Shown here: positions 1-10,353 of the stretch, in pieces | Numbering within the stretch: position 1 is the stretch's first letter | Layout: each line of letters begins with the position of its first letter | Source of the DNA: Myxococcota bacterium | Lineage (GTDB): Bacteria; Myxococcota_A; SURF-8 | Direction of reading: 5' to 3' | Assembly (NCBI GenBank): GCA_965140415.1 | Contig: OZ223209.1 | Location: forward strand, 4,320,001 to 4,384,000 | Length of the DNA: 64,000 bases | The notes under the pieces: model-generated | What the model saw: the letters and a program-made list of their open reading frames with translations, nothing else | Told to the model about the DNA's origin: nothing | Databases searched by the model: none | Translations under genes and position numbers: made by a program

Positions 1-1065
1 CTGCGCCTTACGGACCGCTTTGTTTCAACCTTCGATTCCATCGCCACCTCATGGCTCACCGACAATCGCGATCCCGACCGAATTCGCATCGACGATAAGC
101 TCTGCCGCTACCTGGGTATTGCCAAAAGCAAAATCCCGGAACCGGTTCCCTGCACACAGATTTTAGGCAGAGTCAAAGAAAAGGTTGCCAACGAAATCGG
201 TCTCGATCCGCAAACGGTCGTAGTGGCCGGAGCCATCGACAACACGGCAGCGGCAGTCGGTTCCGGCGCCGTGAAAGATGGCGAAACACACTTGTACCTG
301 GGTACATCCAGTTGGCTGGGTGCACACGTTCCGTTCAAGAAAACGGATCTGCTGCACGCCATTGCCTCGCTGCCCTGCGCCATCCCTTCCAAGTATATGA
401 TGATCGCCCTGCAAGCTACCGCCTGCGGCAATCTCGATTTTCTAGTAAACAAGATCGTGTATGACATCGACGACCTGCTTGAAAACGAGCGCCCGGAAGA
501 TGTTTACCAGCGGCTGGAAAAAGTCGCCGCCGCCGCTCCGCCCGGATCGAATGGACTGATCTATACCCCGTGGATCTTTGGCGAGCGCGCCCCGGTGGAA
601 AACCCGCAGATCCGCGCCGGTTTGCACAACCTTTCACTGGATCATAATCGCTCGGATATGGTGCGGGCGATGTTCGAAGGCATAGCGCTGAACACGCGCT
701 GGATTCTGCAACCGGTGGAAAGCTTCCTCGGGCATGCTTGTGAATCGATTACCGCCGTGGGAGGCGGAGCCAGTTCCGATCTGTGGTGCCAGATTTTTGC
801 CGACGTGCTAAACCGACCGATCAAGCAGGTGGAAAATCCCATCGAAGCCAACGCCCGCGGATCGGCACTTATCGCCGCCTTTGCGCTTAAGAAAATCACG
901 ATGGAAGATGTTTCCAGGCTGGCACCGATTCGCGCGACTTATTTACCACGCCAGCAAACGCGCGCCGTGTACGATTTCCACTTTCGGGAATTCAAACAGC
1001 TATACAAAGCGGAAAAGGCGATCTGCAAACGCTTGAACACGTTTCACAAACACCATACTCTTTAA
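1..1065 (+). CDS. FGGY-family carbohydrate kinase (xylulokinase-like), 5'-truncated by window edge
   Basis: Frame is open from base 1 (LRLTDRFVST...). FGGY motifs: AGAIDN, YLGTSSW, PWIFGERAP, RAMFEGIA, VGGGASSDLWCQIFADVLNRPI. Confidence 0.9.
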   Translation: MRLTDRFVSTFDSIATSWLTDNRDPDRIRIDDKLCRYLGIAKSKIPEPVPCTQILGRVKEKVANEIGLDPQTVVVAGAIDNTAAAVGSGAVKDGETHLYLGTSSWLGAHVPFKKTDLLHAIASLPCAIPSKYMMIALQATACGNLDFLVNKIVYDIDDLLENERPEDVYQRLEKVAAAAPPGSNGLIYTPWIFGERAPVENPQIRAGLHNLSLDHNRSDMVRAMFEGIALNTRWILQPVESFLGHACESITAVGGGASSDLWCQIFADVLNRPIKQVENPIEANARGSALIAAFALKKITMEDVSRLAPIRATYLPRQQTRAVYDFHFREFKQLYKAEKAICKRLNTFHKHHTL

Positions 1066-1081
1066 ACAAGCGGATCACACT

Positions 1082-1720
1082 ATGGGCATTCATGAACGAC
1101 GACAACGGGAACGGGAAAAACGCAGGGCGACAATATTGCAGGCGGCGGGTCAGCTCTTTCAAGAAAAAGGATTTTCCGCCACCACTATCGACGAAATCGC
1201 CGTTTTGGCCGAAGTCGGAAAAGGCACCGTTTACAATTATTTTCCATCCAAACAGGAAATCATCGGAGCACTGCTATTACAGAATCTGACTCAAGCCCTG
1301 CAATGGTTCGATGAAACCATCGATGAGTTTAATTCAAGCGGCGATACGGATCCGATGAATCGATTGAACGCCCTGGCCGGAACCTTCTTACGTTTCATCA
1401 TGCAGCAAATAAAACCGTCCAACTCCGCCTATATCTTAATGGGCGACTTCAACGCCTCGGATATGTCTGAGGAATTGAAAAACGAATTGAGAACCGCAGT
1501 ACAACGAATCATCGATCACGTCAGCCGAATTCTGCAAGCCGGAGCGGAACTCGGTCTGTTCCGCAGCGATCTGCAACCAGAACAGATGGCATTGATTGTG
1601 TGGGGTGCAGCCATCGGCGTTCAGGCGCTAAGCGCCAGACTGAGCCCGAGCATTCTCCCCGACTTTACGGAAGATGCTTTCGACGGATTTTTGAAATTGA
1701 TTCCGGGTGGATTGAAATAG
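1082..1720 (+). CDS. TetR/AcrR-family transcriptional regulator
   Basis: N-terminal HTH: ILQAAGQLFQEKGFSATTIDEIAVLAEVGKGTVYNYFPSKQEI. Confidence 0.93.
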   Translation: MGIHERRQREREKRRATILQAAGQLFQEKGFSATTIDEIAVLAEVGKGTVYNYFPSKQEIIGALLLQNLTQALQWFDETIDEFNSSGDTDPMNRLNALAGTFLRFIMQQIKPSNSAYILMGDFNASDMSEELKNELRTAVQRIIDHVSRILQAGAELGLFRSDLQPEQMALIVWGAAIGVQALSARLSPSILPDFTEDAFDGFLKLIPGGLK

Positions 1721-1738
1721 GATTTCCCCCTTCGAAAC

Positions 1739-2413
1739 TCATCCCTTAAGCGCCAAAAAACGATCCCCCAGATGGCTGTTGCTTTTTATCAGGCGAGAGG
1801 CAAACAACTCGTAGAATTCCGGAACGACCGATTGCTGCACCGCTTCCATTCCCAATAGCGCCTCCCCCCAGCGAAAAATCCCTGGCAGAGCCGGCCAACT
1901 ATCGGTGGAAGCCACCTTTCGAATATACGCCAGCCGCATTAATAGCGGTGCGTAGGCAGCATCGATCAACGAGAACCGCTCCCCATTGAAGAATGGAGTA
2001 AACGAGCCTGCGTTTTCCACCCGCAACAGTTTCTTACCCAGATCTTCCCACAAGGAAAGCGCCTCGTACTGACTAGGTGTCGTCATGAGGTCGAATGCGG
2101 TTCCGAACAACTCAGAAGCATACTCAATCCATGCGCGATTTTTAGCCTTCTGCAACGCATCCTGCGGATGCAATGAAGGCGGTGAAAGCTCATCGATGAA
2201 TTCATTGATCACTGCCGATTCAAATAACACTTGGCCATCGACCTTCAATAACGGCACTTTGCCGGTAGGCGACAACTCGGCAAACCAATCGGGTGGATCG
2301 TCCAGATCGATATAGGTGATGTTATAAGGCACCTGCTTGAAATTCAGCGTAATCACACTTCGCTGAACGAAAGGGCACAGCTTGAAACTGATCAACTCCA
2401 GTGATCTGGCCAT
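1739..2413 (-). CDS. Glutathione S-transferase family protein
   Basis: CPFVQR active-site motif, SPTGKVPLL, FESAVINEFIDE, FSLIDAAYAP. Start moved to ATG 2413, which follows an AGGAAG RBS. Confidence 0.9.
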   Translation of the reverse strand: MARSLELISFKLCPFVQRSVITLNFKQVPYNITYIDLDDPPDWFAELSPTGKVPLLKVDGQVLFESAVINEFIDELSPPSLHPQDALQKAKNRAWIEYASELFGTAFDLMTTPSQYEALSLWEDLGKKLLRVENAGSFTPFFNGERFSLIDAAYAPLLMRLAYIRKVASTDSWPALPGIFRWGEALLGMEAVQQSVVPEFYELFASRLIKSNSHLGDRFLALKG

Positions 2414-2833
2414 GTCGGTCTTCCTTTCCGCCGGAAAGGCTCGGTAGCAGTGGTTTGTCCATATAGCAAACTCCCCGCACAACTCCGGCTTCAATAGAAT
2501 AGGAACAATCCAGCCGCCTTCTATTCCCTAAAATTGCCACCTCACATTTTAACTTTTTAACATACTGGATTAACACGGAATTTCTGTGCTTTGCACCTGT
2601 GTTGGAACAACTTAAGATTCACAACACCCGCTGCGAAATGGTGAAGGCAATTTCCGTTGAATACCACCTTTTTCACTAGCTTTTCTTTAACGATAAGAAT
2701 GTAACATTGGCATTTCAGTCACTTATTATCAGTTCAATATCGAATTCAATGGAATTTCTCGCCCAAATAGAGTATATTAAATAGAAAAATATGCTGTGTC
2801 CGGATTCGACCCTTACTTTATTTGGAGAGATTC

Positions 2834-4168
2834 ATGAACACACCTTCCGCCAAACGCATCTATGTCTTAGACACCAACGTCATCTTGCACGACCACGAAT
2901 CGATTTATCATTTTCAGGAACATGATGTCGCCATCCCCATCGTTGTATTGGAGGAGGTAGACAAATTCAAACGCGGCGGCGACTCGATCAACTTCCAGGC
3001 CCGAGAATTCATCCGCGAACTGGACTCCATCAGTGGAGATCGCCTGTTTACGGAAGGTCTGCCCATCGGCAGCCATGGTGGACGCCTGATGATCATCGTC
3101 GGCGACCCGCATTCAGAATTAGTGGGAACAGCGTTCACATTGAACAAGCCGGATCATCGCATTCTGGCCGTCGCCGACCAACTTCGAAAAAAGTATCCCG
3201 ATCGGGAAGTCATCATCATCAGCAAAGACATCAACCTGCGCATGAAAGCCAAATCGCTGGGCATTCCTAGCCAGGACTATAAAACCGACAAGGTCAAGAA
3301 CATCGACGAGTTGTACAGAGGCATGGAGTTACACGAACACCTGCCGTCCGATCTGATTTCTCGTTTTTATGAAGAACCCAACGGTGTCCCTGCCGATGAA
3401 GCCAATCTCCCCGAAGCGCCGGTGGCTAACCAATACTTCATTTTAAAAAACGGTTCATCCAGCGCACTGGCACACTACAACCCGGAAACGGACTGCTACG
3501 AGCGCGTACAGAAAAAAGCGGCTTACGGCATCGAACCACGTAACGCCGAACAGACTTTCGCAATGGACGCCCTACTGCGACCCGATGTCCCCCTGGTAAC
3601 CATCACCGGCAAGGCCGGTACGGGAAAGACGCTGCTGGCATTAGCATCGGCGCTTGAGCAACGCAGCGGCTACCGCCAGATCTTCCTGGCGCGTCCGGTG
3701 GTTCCGCTTGGCAATCGCGATCTGGGATTTCTGCCGGGCGACGTGCAGTCCAAATTGGACCCGTACATGCAGCCGCTGTTCGATAATCTCGGCGTAATCC
3801 GGCATCGTTTTCACAACAACAGCAAGGACTTCAAACGTATCAACGACATGGTCGAAAGCGAGAAACTGTTCATCGCGCCATTAGCCTACATTCGCGGACG
3901 CAGCCTGGACAACATCTTCTTTATCGTGGATGAGGCACAGAATTTGACCCCACACGAAATCAAGACCATCATCACGCGCGCTGGCGACAAAGCCAAAGTG
4001 GTCTTTACCGGCGACATTTACCAGATCGACACGCCCTACCTGGACGTACAGTCCAACGGTTTGACCTACCTGGTGGATCGTATGAAGGGCCAGAGCCTGT
4101 ACGCGCACATCAACCTCGTCAAAGGCGAGCGCAGCCAGCTATCGGAACTGGCGAGCAATCTGCTATAA
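2834..4168 (+). CDS. PIN domain-PhoH ATPase fusion (PhoH2/YlaK-like)
   Basis: PIN motifs YVLDTNVILHD and SKDINLRMKA. Walker A GKAGTGKT; LGFLPGD, YIRGRS, DEAQN, GDIYQID. ATG 2834 follows GGAGAG. Confidence 0.93.
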   Translation: MNTPSAKRIYVLDTNVILHDHESIYHFQEHDVAIPIVVLEEVDKFKRGGDSINFQAREFIRELDSISGDRLFTEGLPIGSHGGRLMIIVGDPHSELVGTAFTLNKPDHRILAVADQLRKKYPDREVIIISKDINLRMKAKSLGIPSQDYKTDKVKNIDELYRGMELHEHLPSDLISRFYEEPNGVPADEANLPEAPVANQYFILKNGSSSALAHYNPETDCYERVQKKAAYGIEPRNAEQTFAMDALLRPDVPLVTITGKAGTGKTLLALASALEQRSGYRQIFLARPVVPLGNRDLGFLPGDVQSKLDPYMQPLFDNLGVIRHRFHNNSKDFKRINDMVESEKLFIAPLAYIRGRSLDNIFFIVDEAQNLTPHEIKTIITRAGDKAKVVFTGDIYQIDTPYLDVQSNGLTYLVDRMKGQSLYAHINLVKGERSQLSELASNLL

Positions 4169-4191
4169 GCATTAATTCACACTCTGAAAGT

Positions 4192-4231
4192 AAAACACGG
4201 CTGGTGGAAAACCCATCAGCCGTGTGTTTTT
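4192..4231. terminator. Probable bidirectional intrinsic terminator
   Basis: 13-bp stem ACACGGCTGGTGG/CCATCAGCCGTGT with an A-run on the left and a T-run on the right, between convergent genes. Confidence 0.8.
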
Positions 4232-4247
4232 GTGATGTAACCTTCAC

Positions 4248-4703
4248 TCAGGGTTTGTACACCCACCAGAAATAGAAGGTCGCAATGGCAATCCCGGCGG
4301 AAGCCAGCATCGCCATCAGATATGCCAGAGATCCCAGATCCAGAAAGTAGTAGGTCAGATAGCTGGCCGCGAGAATGCCGTAAACGATACAGACCGGCTG
4401 TAACCAGTGAATACGCGTACGATCGCGCCAGACGCGGAAAAAGGAAAAGGCCAGCATCACCAACAATCCGATGATCGGCACCTTCCAGAAATCGTTGGCA
4501 TTGGTTTGAATCTTGGGCATGCTGAACAACGCACCGCCCAGCCAGTCGATCAGTCCGACCAGTTTGTCACCCAGAAAAATGACCAGAGGAACCATCAGCA
4601 GATGCAGGTACATCATGATGCGACAGTACGGCTGCAACTTTCCGCCTTCCGGCACAACGACACTTTTCGTTTCGGCTTGCTTATTGCTTTCAAACGGGTC
4701 CAT
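4248..4703 (-). CDS. Hypothetical integral membrane protein (about 4 TM)
   Basis: 151-aa ORF with four hydrophobic segments, 24 bp downstream of alaS on the same strand. Confidence 0.7.
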   Translation of the reverse strand: MDPFESNKQAETKSVVVPEGGKLQPYCRIMMYLHLLMVPLVIFLGDKLVGLIDWLGGALFSMPKIQTNANDFWKVPIIGLLVMLAFSFFRVWRDRTRIHWLQPVCIVYGILAASYLTYYFLDLGSLAYLMAMLASAGIAIATFYFWWVYKP

Positions 4704-4727
4704 CTTTGCCCCCTTTTTGCAATGCGT

Positions 4728-7460
4728 TTACAGCCCCGCGATCAGATCCCGTAACGCCTTAAAAGCCAGCTCCACCTTGCCAGCATCACCGCCACCGGCC
4801 TGCGCCATATCCGGGCGACCGCCACCCCGGCCTCCCGCCGCCTGGGCAACCTGACCGATCGTCTTGCCCGCAGGCAAACGCTTACGCAGACTTTCGCTCA
4901 CGCCCAGCAGGAAACCGGCTTTTTCACCTTCAATCGAAGCCAATAATACCACGCCCTCTCCCAACTTGTCGAGCGCCTGCTGACCGTAGTCGCGGAAGTT
5001 CTTGGCATCGACGTCCTCCACTTTGGCGCACAACAGGCGTACGCCGTTGATTTCCTCAACCTGATTCATCAACGTGGTGCTCTGCATCTTGGCCTTTTCC
5101 AACATCAACTGCTCGATGCGTTTGCGGTCGGCCTTTTGCTGCTCGAACATCGAACGAATGCCATCCGGCACAGCCAGCGGCGCAACACTCAACAGACCCG
5201 CCGCCGTTTTCAACGCCAGACCCTGAGCCTGCACGGCTTTTACGGCTTCCGTTCCCGTCGCCGCTTCGATACGACGTACGCCCGAAGCGATGGAAGCCTC
5301 CGACAGAATCGTGAACAACCCCAAGTCTCCGGTACGATGCGCATGCGTTCCACCGCACAGTTCCACCGAATCTTTGGTCATCGACACGACCCGCACGACG
5401 TCGCCGTATTTTTCACCGAAAAAGGCGATGGCGCCATCCGCCTGCGCCTGCTCCAGCGACTTGACCTCCGTGCCAATCGCTTCATTGACCAGGATCTTTT
5501 CGTTGACCAGCCGTTCCACTTCGGCGATCTGTTCGGCTTCCAAAGCCTGGAAATGGGTGAAGTCAAAGCGCAACCGGTCGGGTCCGACGAAGGAGCCGGA
5601 CTGCTTGACATGTTCTCCCAGCACCTTGCGTAACGCATACTGCAACAGGTGGGTGGCGCTGTGATTGCGTCGGGTGGCGTCACGGCGGACGGCGTCCACC
5701 TGCACCGATACCTGATCGCCCACACTGAGCGATCCCTTCAAAATCCGCCCTTTATGCACCCACAGACCGTCCACCGGCTTCTGGGTATCCAGCACCAGCA
5801 TTGCGAAACGCTGGGACCAATCGACCTCGCGTCCTTCCATGGCGGCTTTCAATGCCGTTTCCGCCTGCTCCGGTTCAACATTGTCGGACAGGATCAGTCC
5901 CCGGTCACCAAGCTGCCCACCGCTTTCGGCATAGAAAGGTGTACGATCCAGCACCAATTCCACATCCATGCCTTCCGGCGCCTGCTGCAAACGCTGATCG
6001 CCACTGATGATCGCCCGCACCGTGGCGGTGTCTACATCGTTGTCATAGCCGGTAAACTGCACCGGCTGTTCCAGTTCCGTCAAAGCCTCGCCGTACAACG
6101 CAGTGCGGTCGTTACCGCCCTTGCCCTTCCAGGAGGCGCGCCCGCGCTCACGCTGTTCTTTCATCGCCTTGTCGAAGCCGGGCTTATCCACTTGCTTGCC
6201 GTTTTCCGAAGCGATGATCTGCGTCAGATCAACCGGGAAACCGTAAGTGTCGTACAATTTAAACGCCACATCGCCCGGCACCTGCTCCTCACCGGCCTGC
6301 TGCAAACGCTCGATTTCGTTTTGCAGAATATCCAAACCGGTGTTCAGCGTGCGCCGGAATCCCTTTTCCTCTTCGCGCACCACGTTCAAGATGAAATCGC
6401 GATTGCGCTGCAATTCGGGGTAGACCTCGCCCATGCGTTCGATTACGAGTTCGCAAATGTCCGGCAAGAAGACGCGGTCGAAACCCAACCGCTTTCCGTG
6501 ACGGATGGCCCGCCGCATGATGCGCCGGAGCACGTAGCCGCGAAATTCGTTGGAGGGCAGCATGCCGTCGCCGATCAGGAAGGTGGTCGCACGAATGTGA
6601 TCCGCGATGACCTGTAACGAGGTATCGTCTTCACGGTCGGTCTTGTAGGTTTTGCCGCACATTTCGGCGGTCTTTTGAATGATCGGTAAAAACAGGTCCG
6701 TCTCGTAGTTCGAATAGACACCGTTCAGCACCGCGCAGAAACGCTCCAGCCCGCCACCTGTATCCACAGACGGTTTCGGCAGGGGTGTCATGGTGCCATC
6801 CTGGGCACGATCGAACTGCATAAAGACCAGATTCCAGATCTCTAAAAAGCGGTCCGAATCGCCGTAAATGTCCTCATTGGCCCAGATGCCGTCCGGTCCC
6901 TCGCCTTGATCGATATGCAATTCCGAACAGGGGCCACAGGGACCGACATCGCCCATCGACCAGAAATTGTCTTTCGCGCCCATGCGCACGACGCGATCTT
7001 CCGGCAACCCGATCTGCTTATGCCAGATATCGTAGGCTTCGTCGTCTTCCTCGAAAACGGTGGCGTACATCCGGGAGATGTCGAATCCCATTTCGTTGAC
7101 CAACTCCCAACTGTATTGAATCGCTTTTTCCTTGAAATAATCGCCAAAGCTGAAGTTGCCCAGCATTTCGAAAAAGGTGTGATGCCGCGCGGTGCGTCCG
7201 ACGTTCTCCAGGTCGTTGTGCTTGCCGCTTACGCGCATGCACTTCTGGGTCGTAGTCGCACAGGGCGCGGGACGGGCAACGTTTCCGACGAACACATCTT
7301 TGAACTGGTTCATCCCAGCATTCGTAAACAGCAGCGTGGGATCGTTCAACGGCACCAGCGAACTGGAGCGCAGGCGTAAGTGCCCGTTTTTCTCGAAGTA
7401 ATTAAGGAAAGCTTCTCTGATTTCAGCCGACGAGCGTGTCATGTTCTTATTCCGTTTCAT
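4728..7460 (-). CDS. alaS: Alanine--tRNA ligase
   Basis: DPTLLFTNAGMNQFK, RHHTFFEMLGNFSFGDYFK, EIWNLVFMQF. Editing site HSATHLL...ELCGGTH. C-terminal GGRGGGRPDMAQAGG. Confidence 0.99.
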   Translation of the reverse strand: MKRNKNMTRSSAEIREAFLNYFEKNGHLRLRSSSLVPLNDPTLLFTNAGMNQFKDVFVGNVARPAPCATTTQKCMRVSGKHNDLENVGRTARHHTFFEMLGNFSFGDYFKEKAIQYSWELVNEMGFDISRMYATVFEEDDEAYDIWHKQIGLPEDRVVRMGAKDNFWSMGDVGPCGPCSELHIDQGEGPDGIWANEDIYGDSDRFLEIWNLVFMQFDRAQDGTMTPLPKPSVDTGGGLERFCAVLNGVYSNYETDLFLPIIQKTAEMCGKTYKTDREDDTSLQVIADHIRATTFLIGDGMLPSNEFRGYVLRRIMRRAIRHGKRLGFDRVFLPDICELVIERMGEVYPELQRNRDFILNVVREEEKGFRRTLNTGLDILQNEIERLQQAGEEQVPGDVAFKLYDTYGFPVDLTQIIASENGKQVDKPGFDKAMKEQRERGRASWKGKGGNDRTALYGEALTELEQPVQFTGYDNDVDTATVRAIISGDQRLQQAPEGMDVELVLDRTPFYAESGGQLGDRGLILSDNVEPEQAETALKAAMEGREVDWSQRFAMLVLDTQKPVDGLWVHKGRILKGSLSVGDQVSVQVDAVRRDATRRNHSATHLLQYALRKVLGEHVKQSGSFVGPDRLRFDFTHFQALEAEQIAEVERLVNEKILVNEAIGTEVKSLEQAQADGAIAFFGEKYGDVVRVVSMTKDSVELCGGTHAHRTGDLGLFTILSEASIASGVRRIEAATGTEAVKAVQAQGLALKTAAGLLSVAPLAVPDGIRSMFEQQKADRKRIEQLMLEKAKMQSTTLMNQVEEINGVRLLCAKVEDVDAKNFRDYGQQALDKLGEGVVLLASIEGEKAGFLLGVSESLRKRLPAGKTIGQVAQAAGGRGGGRPDMAQAGGGDAGKVELAFKALRDLIAGL

Positions 7461-7517
7461 CCAATCGTGTTACAGCCATACTGCTTATCCTCAACCGAAA
7501 CCGGGTGAGGCATCATA

Positions 7518-8000
7518 TTAACTTTCATCTGTCAACGTTTCCAACGCATCCCGAATCAGGTAGGTTGGAAATCCCCGCGATTGCAAAAAGCGGGCGAGTT
7601 TCTGGTAGCGCTTGCGCGGGTCGTTTTCGTTCAATTCGCGATTCTTCTTTTGCGCCGCTTTCATGCACAAGTCGGCCTCATCCACCTCCTCGCGCACCAA
7701 CGCCGTCGCCCGTTCGATCTCCTCGCCACCGACTCCCGCGCGTCGCAATCGGGCTTGTGCATCGGCAAAACCGAACCCTCGCCGAAGCACGCGCTCGCGC
7801 AGCAGCATCTCGGCGAAACGAGCGTCGTCAAGGTAAGACAATTGCTGTAGCCTTGTCAAGGTTGCTTCGATGTCCTTAAAGGAGAAACCGCGGGTTTTCA
7901 GTTTGGTGACCAGTTGATGGCGACTGTGTTCACGCGCAGACAAGATTCGCAGGGCCGATTCGTAGGCATCTTCCGCCGAGCACCGTTTGCTGTCCTTCAC
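7518..8000 (-). CDS. recX: RecX regulatory protein
   Basis: ALRILSAREHSRHQLVTKL, YLDDARFA, KLARFLQSRGF; lies between recA and alaS. Confidence 0.92.
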   Translation of the reverse strand: MKDSKRCSAEDAYESALRILSAREHSRHQLVTKLKTRGFSFKDIEATLTRLQQLSYLDDARFAEMLLRERVLRRGFGFADAQARLRRAGVGGEEIERATALVREEVDEADLCMKAAQKKNRELNENDPRKRYQKLARFLQSRGFPTYLIRDALETLTDES

Positions 8001-9178
8001 TAAAAATGCTCCAGCTCGAAGTCGTCGTCGTTTTCCTTGTTCTGCTCGAAGTCGCCCCAGGTGCCGTCACTGGAGGTGGATTGAATTCCCTTGAGCCGTA
8101 GCGCGAAATCGTCCGGGTTGGTGGCCTGGCGCATGGCTTCCTCGACGGTGACCATGTGGCTTTTGATCAGCATCATCAGCGACTGATCGAAGGTCTGCAT
8201 CCCGTAGGATTGGTACCCCTCGGCGATACTGTCGCGCATTTCCTTGATGCGCGTCTCGTCCTGAATCAGTTCCTTTATGCGCTCGGTATTGATCATGACT
8301 TCCACCGCCGGAACACGCCCTTGACCATCGGCACGCGGCACCAGTCGCTGGGAAATAACCGCTTTCAGAATCGAAGCCAGTTGCAGGCGAATCGACTTCT
8401 GCTGGTGCGGCGGGAAGGTGGTGATAATCCGGTTGATCGTCTCTGCGGCATCGAGTGTATGTAACGTGGAAAGCACAAGGTGACCGGTTTCAGCGGCGGC
8501 AATGGCAATTTCAATCGTTTCGAGATCGCGCATTTCACCGATCAGAATGACATCCGGGTCTTGCCGCATAGCCGATTTCAGCGCACGTGCAAAACTGTGC
8601 GTATCCACACCCAACTCACGCTGGTTGACCATCGAGCGCTTGTCGCGGATCAAAAACTCGATCGGATCTTCAATGGTCATGACGTGGCAGGTGCGCGTGT
8701 GGTTGATGTGATTGATCATCGCCGCCAATGTCGATGATTTTCCGGCGGAAGTCGTACCTGTCACCAGAACCAGACCGCGCTGGTAATTGGCAATCTTGAC
8801 CAGCACCTCCGGTAGGTTCAACTCTTCGAAGGAGGGCACATTCATCGGAATCACGCGAATCGCCATACCCAGCGTACCGCGTTGATGATAGATGTTGATG
8901 CGAAAACGACCGATTCCGGCGATACCGTGGGCCAGATCGATTTCACGCTCGCTGGCCATGATTTTCTTCTGCTGCGCATCCATCACGCCATTGGACATCT
9001 CGGTAAGATCGTCCACGCTCAAACGCTCCGCATTCTTCAGCGCGACCAGCGAACCATTGATGCGAAACATGGGCGGCAACCCCACTTTCAGGTGGATGTC
9101 GCTGGCTCCCCCTTTGAATCCGATGGTCAGTATTTCGCCGAAATCCATGCTGCTTCCCGTTTCCCTTCGGGCCGTCAT
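8000..9178 (-). CDS. pilT: PilT/PilU-family type IV pilus retraction ATPase
   Basis: ASDIHLKVG, GRFRINIY, Walker A GTTSAGKS, TIEDPIE, RQDPDVILIGEMRD, AETGHLVLSTLHT, GMQTFDQSL. True start may be ATG 9148. Confidence 0.92.
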   Translation of the reverse strand: MTARRETGSSMDFGEILTIGFKGGASDIHLKVGLPPMFRINGSLVALKNAERLSVDDLTEMSNGVMDAQQKKIMASEREIDLAHGIAGIGRFRINIYHQRGTLGMAIRVIPMNVPSFEELNLPEVLVKIANYQRGLVLVTGTTSAGKSSTLAAMINHINHTRTCHVMTIEDPIEFLIRDKRSMVNQRELGVDTHSFARALKSAMRQDPDVILIGEMRDLETIEIAIAAAETGHLVLSTLHTLDAAETINRIITTFPPHQQKSIRLQLASILKAVISQRLVPRADGQGRVPAVEVMINTERIKELIQDETRIKEMRDSIAEGYQSYGMQTFDQSLMMLIKSHMVTVEEAMRQATNPDDFALRLKGIQSTSSDGTWGDFEQNKENDDDFELEHF

Positions 9179-9274
9179 GCTGTCTGGCGGACCATCCCGG
9201 CCCCAGCGGTGATGGTCTACAGAGTCACCGGCAGTCGCATAGAGTCTGGCAATATGCGACCGTCGGCAAAGCCG

Positions 9275-10351
9275 TTATTTCTTTTTCGATGCGCTTTTCG
9301 GTTTCTCTTCTTCTTTTGCGGCATCCTGCTCTTTCGACTCGCCTTGCTCTGTTCCCAAGCCGAAATGATCGAAAATTTCCTTTTCGATGGCTTCCAGGAT
9401 ATCCGGGTTGTCCTTTAAAAACTGCTTGACGTTTTCCCGGCCTTGCCCGATCCGCTCGCCTTTGTAGGAGAACCAGGAACCGGACTTGTCTACCAGGTTG
9501 TTATCGACACCCAGATCCAGCGCCGCACCTTCGCGTGAAATCCCCTTGCCGTACATGATGTCGAATTCAACAGACTTGAATGGCGGTGCAAGCTTGTTCT
9601 TGACCACTTTCACCCGTGTACGTGAACCAAGGATTTCATCGCCCTGCTTGATCGCCGCAATACGACGAATATCGATACGTACCGAACTATAGAATTTCAA
9701 CGCATTACCACCGGTCGTCGTCTCGGGATTGCCGAACATGACGCCGATCTTCATGCGGATCTGGTTGATGAAAATCACGGTCGTATTGGATTTCGAAATC
9801 AAACCGGTCAGTTTGCGCATCGCCTGCGACATCAACCGGGCCTGCAAACCCATGTGCGAGTCGCCCATCTCGCCGTCGATTTCCGCTCGCGGCACCAGCG
9901 CGGCGACGGAGTCCACCACCAGTATATCGATGGCGTTGGAGCGCACCAGCATTTCCATGATTTCCAACGCCTGCTCGCCGTAGTCGGGCTGACTGATGAG
10001 CAGTTCATCCGTGTCCACACCCAATGCGCGCGCATATTTGACGTCCAGCGCGTGTTCAGCATCAATGAATGCCGCAATGCCGCCCGCTTTCTGTGCGCTT
10101 GCCACACACTGTAGCGCCAACGTTGTTTTACCCGAAGCTTCCGGACCGTAAATTTCAGTGATGCGTCCCTTCGGAAGACCGCCAATGCCCAGCGCGATAT
10201 CCAGGGAAATCGCCCCGGTGGAAACCACGGGAACCTTGCCAGCCAGCGCAGCCTGATCGCCCAGGCGCATAATGGAACCCTTGCCAAACTGTTTCTCAAT
10301 CGAACCGATTGCCAGTTCAATCGATTTCATTTTCTCCTGATCGATCGCCAT
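9275..10351 (-). CDS. recA: Recombinase RecA
   Basis: [59 protein letters not shown]. Confidence 0.99.
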   Translation of the reverse strand: MAIDQEKMKSIELAIGSIEKQFGKGSIMRLGDQAALAGKVPVVSTGAISLDIALGIGGLPKGRITEIYGPEASGKTTLALQCVASAQKAGGIAAFIDAEHALDVKYARALGVDTDELLISQPDYGEQALEIMEMLVRSNAIDILVVDSVAALVPRAEIDGEMGDSHMGLQARLMSQAMRKLTGLISKSNTTVIFINQIRMKIGVMFGNPETTTGGNALKFYSSVRIDIRRIAAIKQGDEILGSRTRVKVVKNKLAPPFKSVEFDIMYGKGISREGAALDLGVDNNLVDKSGSWFSYKGERIGQGRENVKQFLKDNPDILEAIEKEIFDHFGLGTEQGESKEQDAAKEEEKPKSASKKK

Positions 10352-10353
10352 TG

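Noticed and set aside
2500-4168. PIN-PhoH as a toxin-antitoxin module
   Set aside because: No credible small antitoxin ORF upstream; stand-alone PIN-PhoH genes are common.
5649-6617. 322-aa ORF antisense to alaS (similarly 13921-14679, 33898-34758, 63298-63987)
   Set aside because: Fully overlaps a well-supported gene on the opposite strand and has no protein-like motifs.
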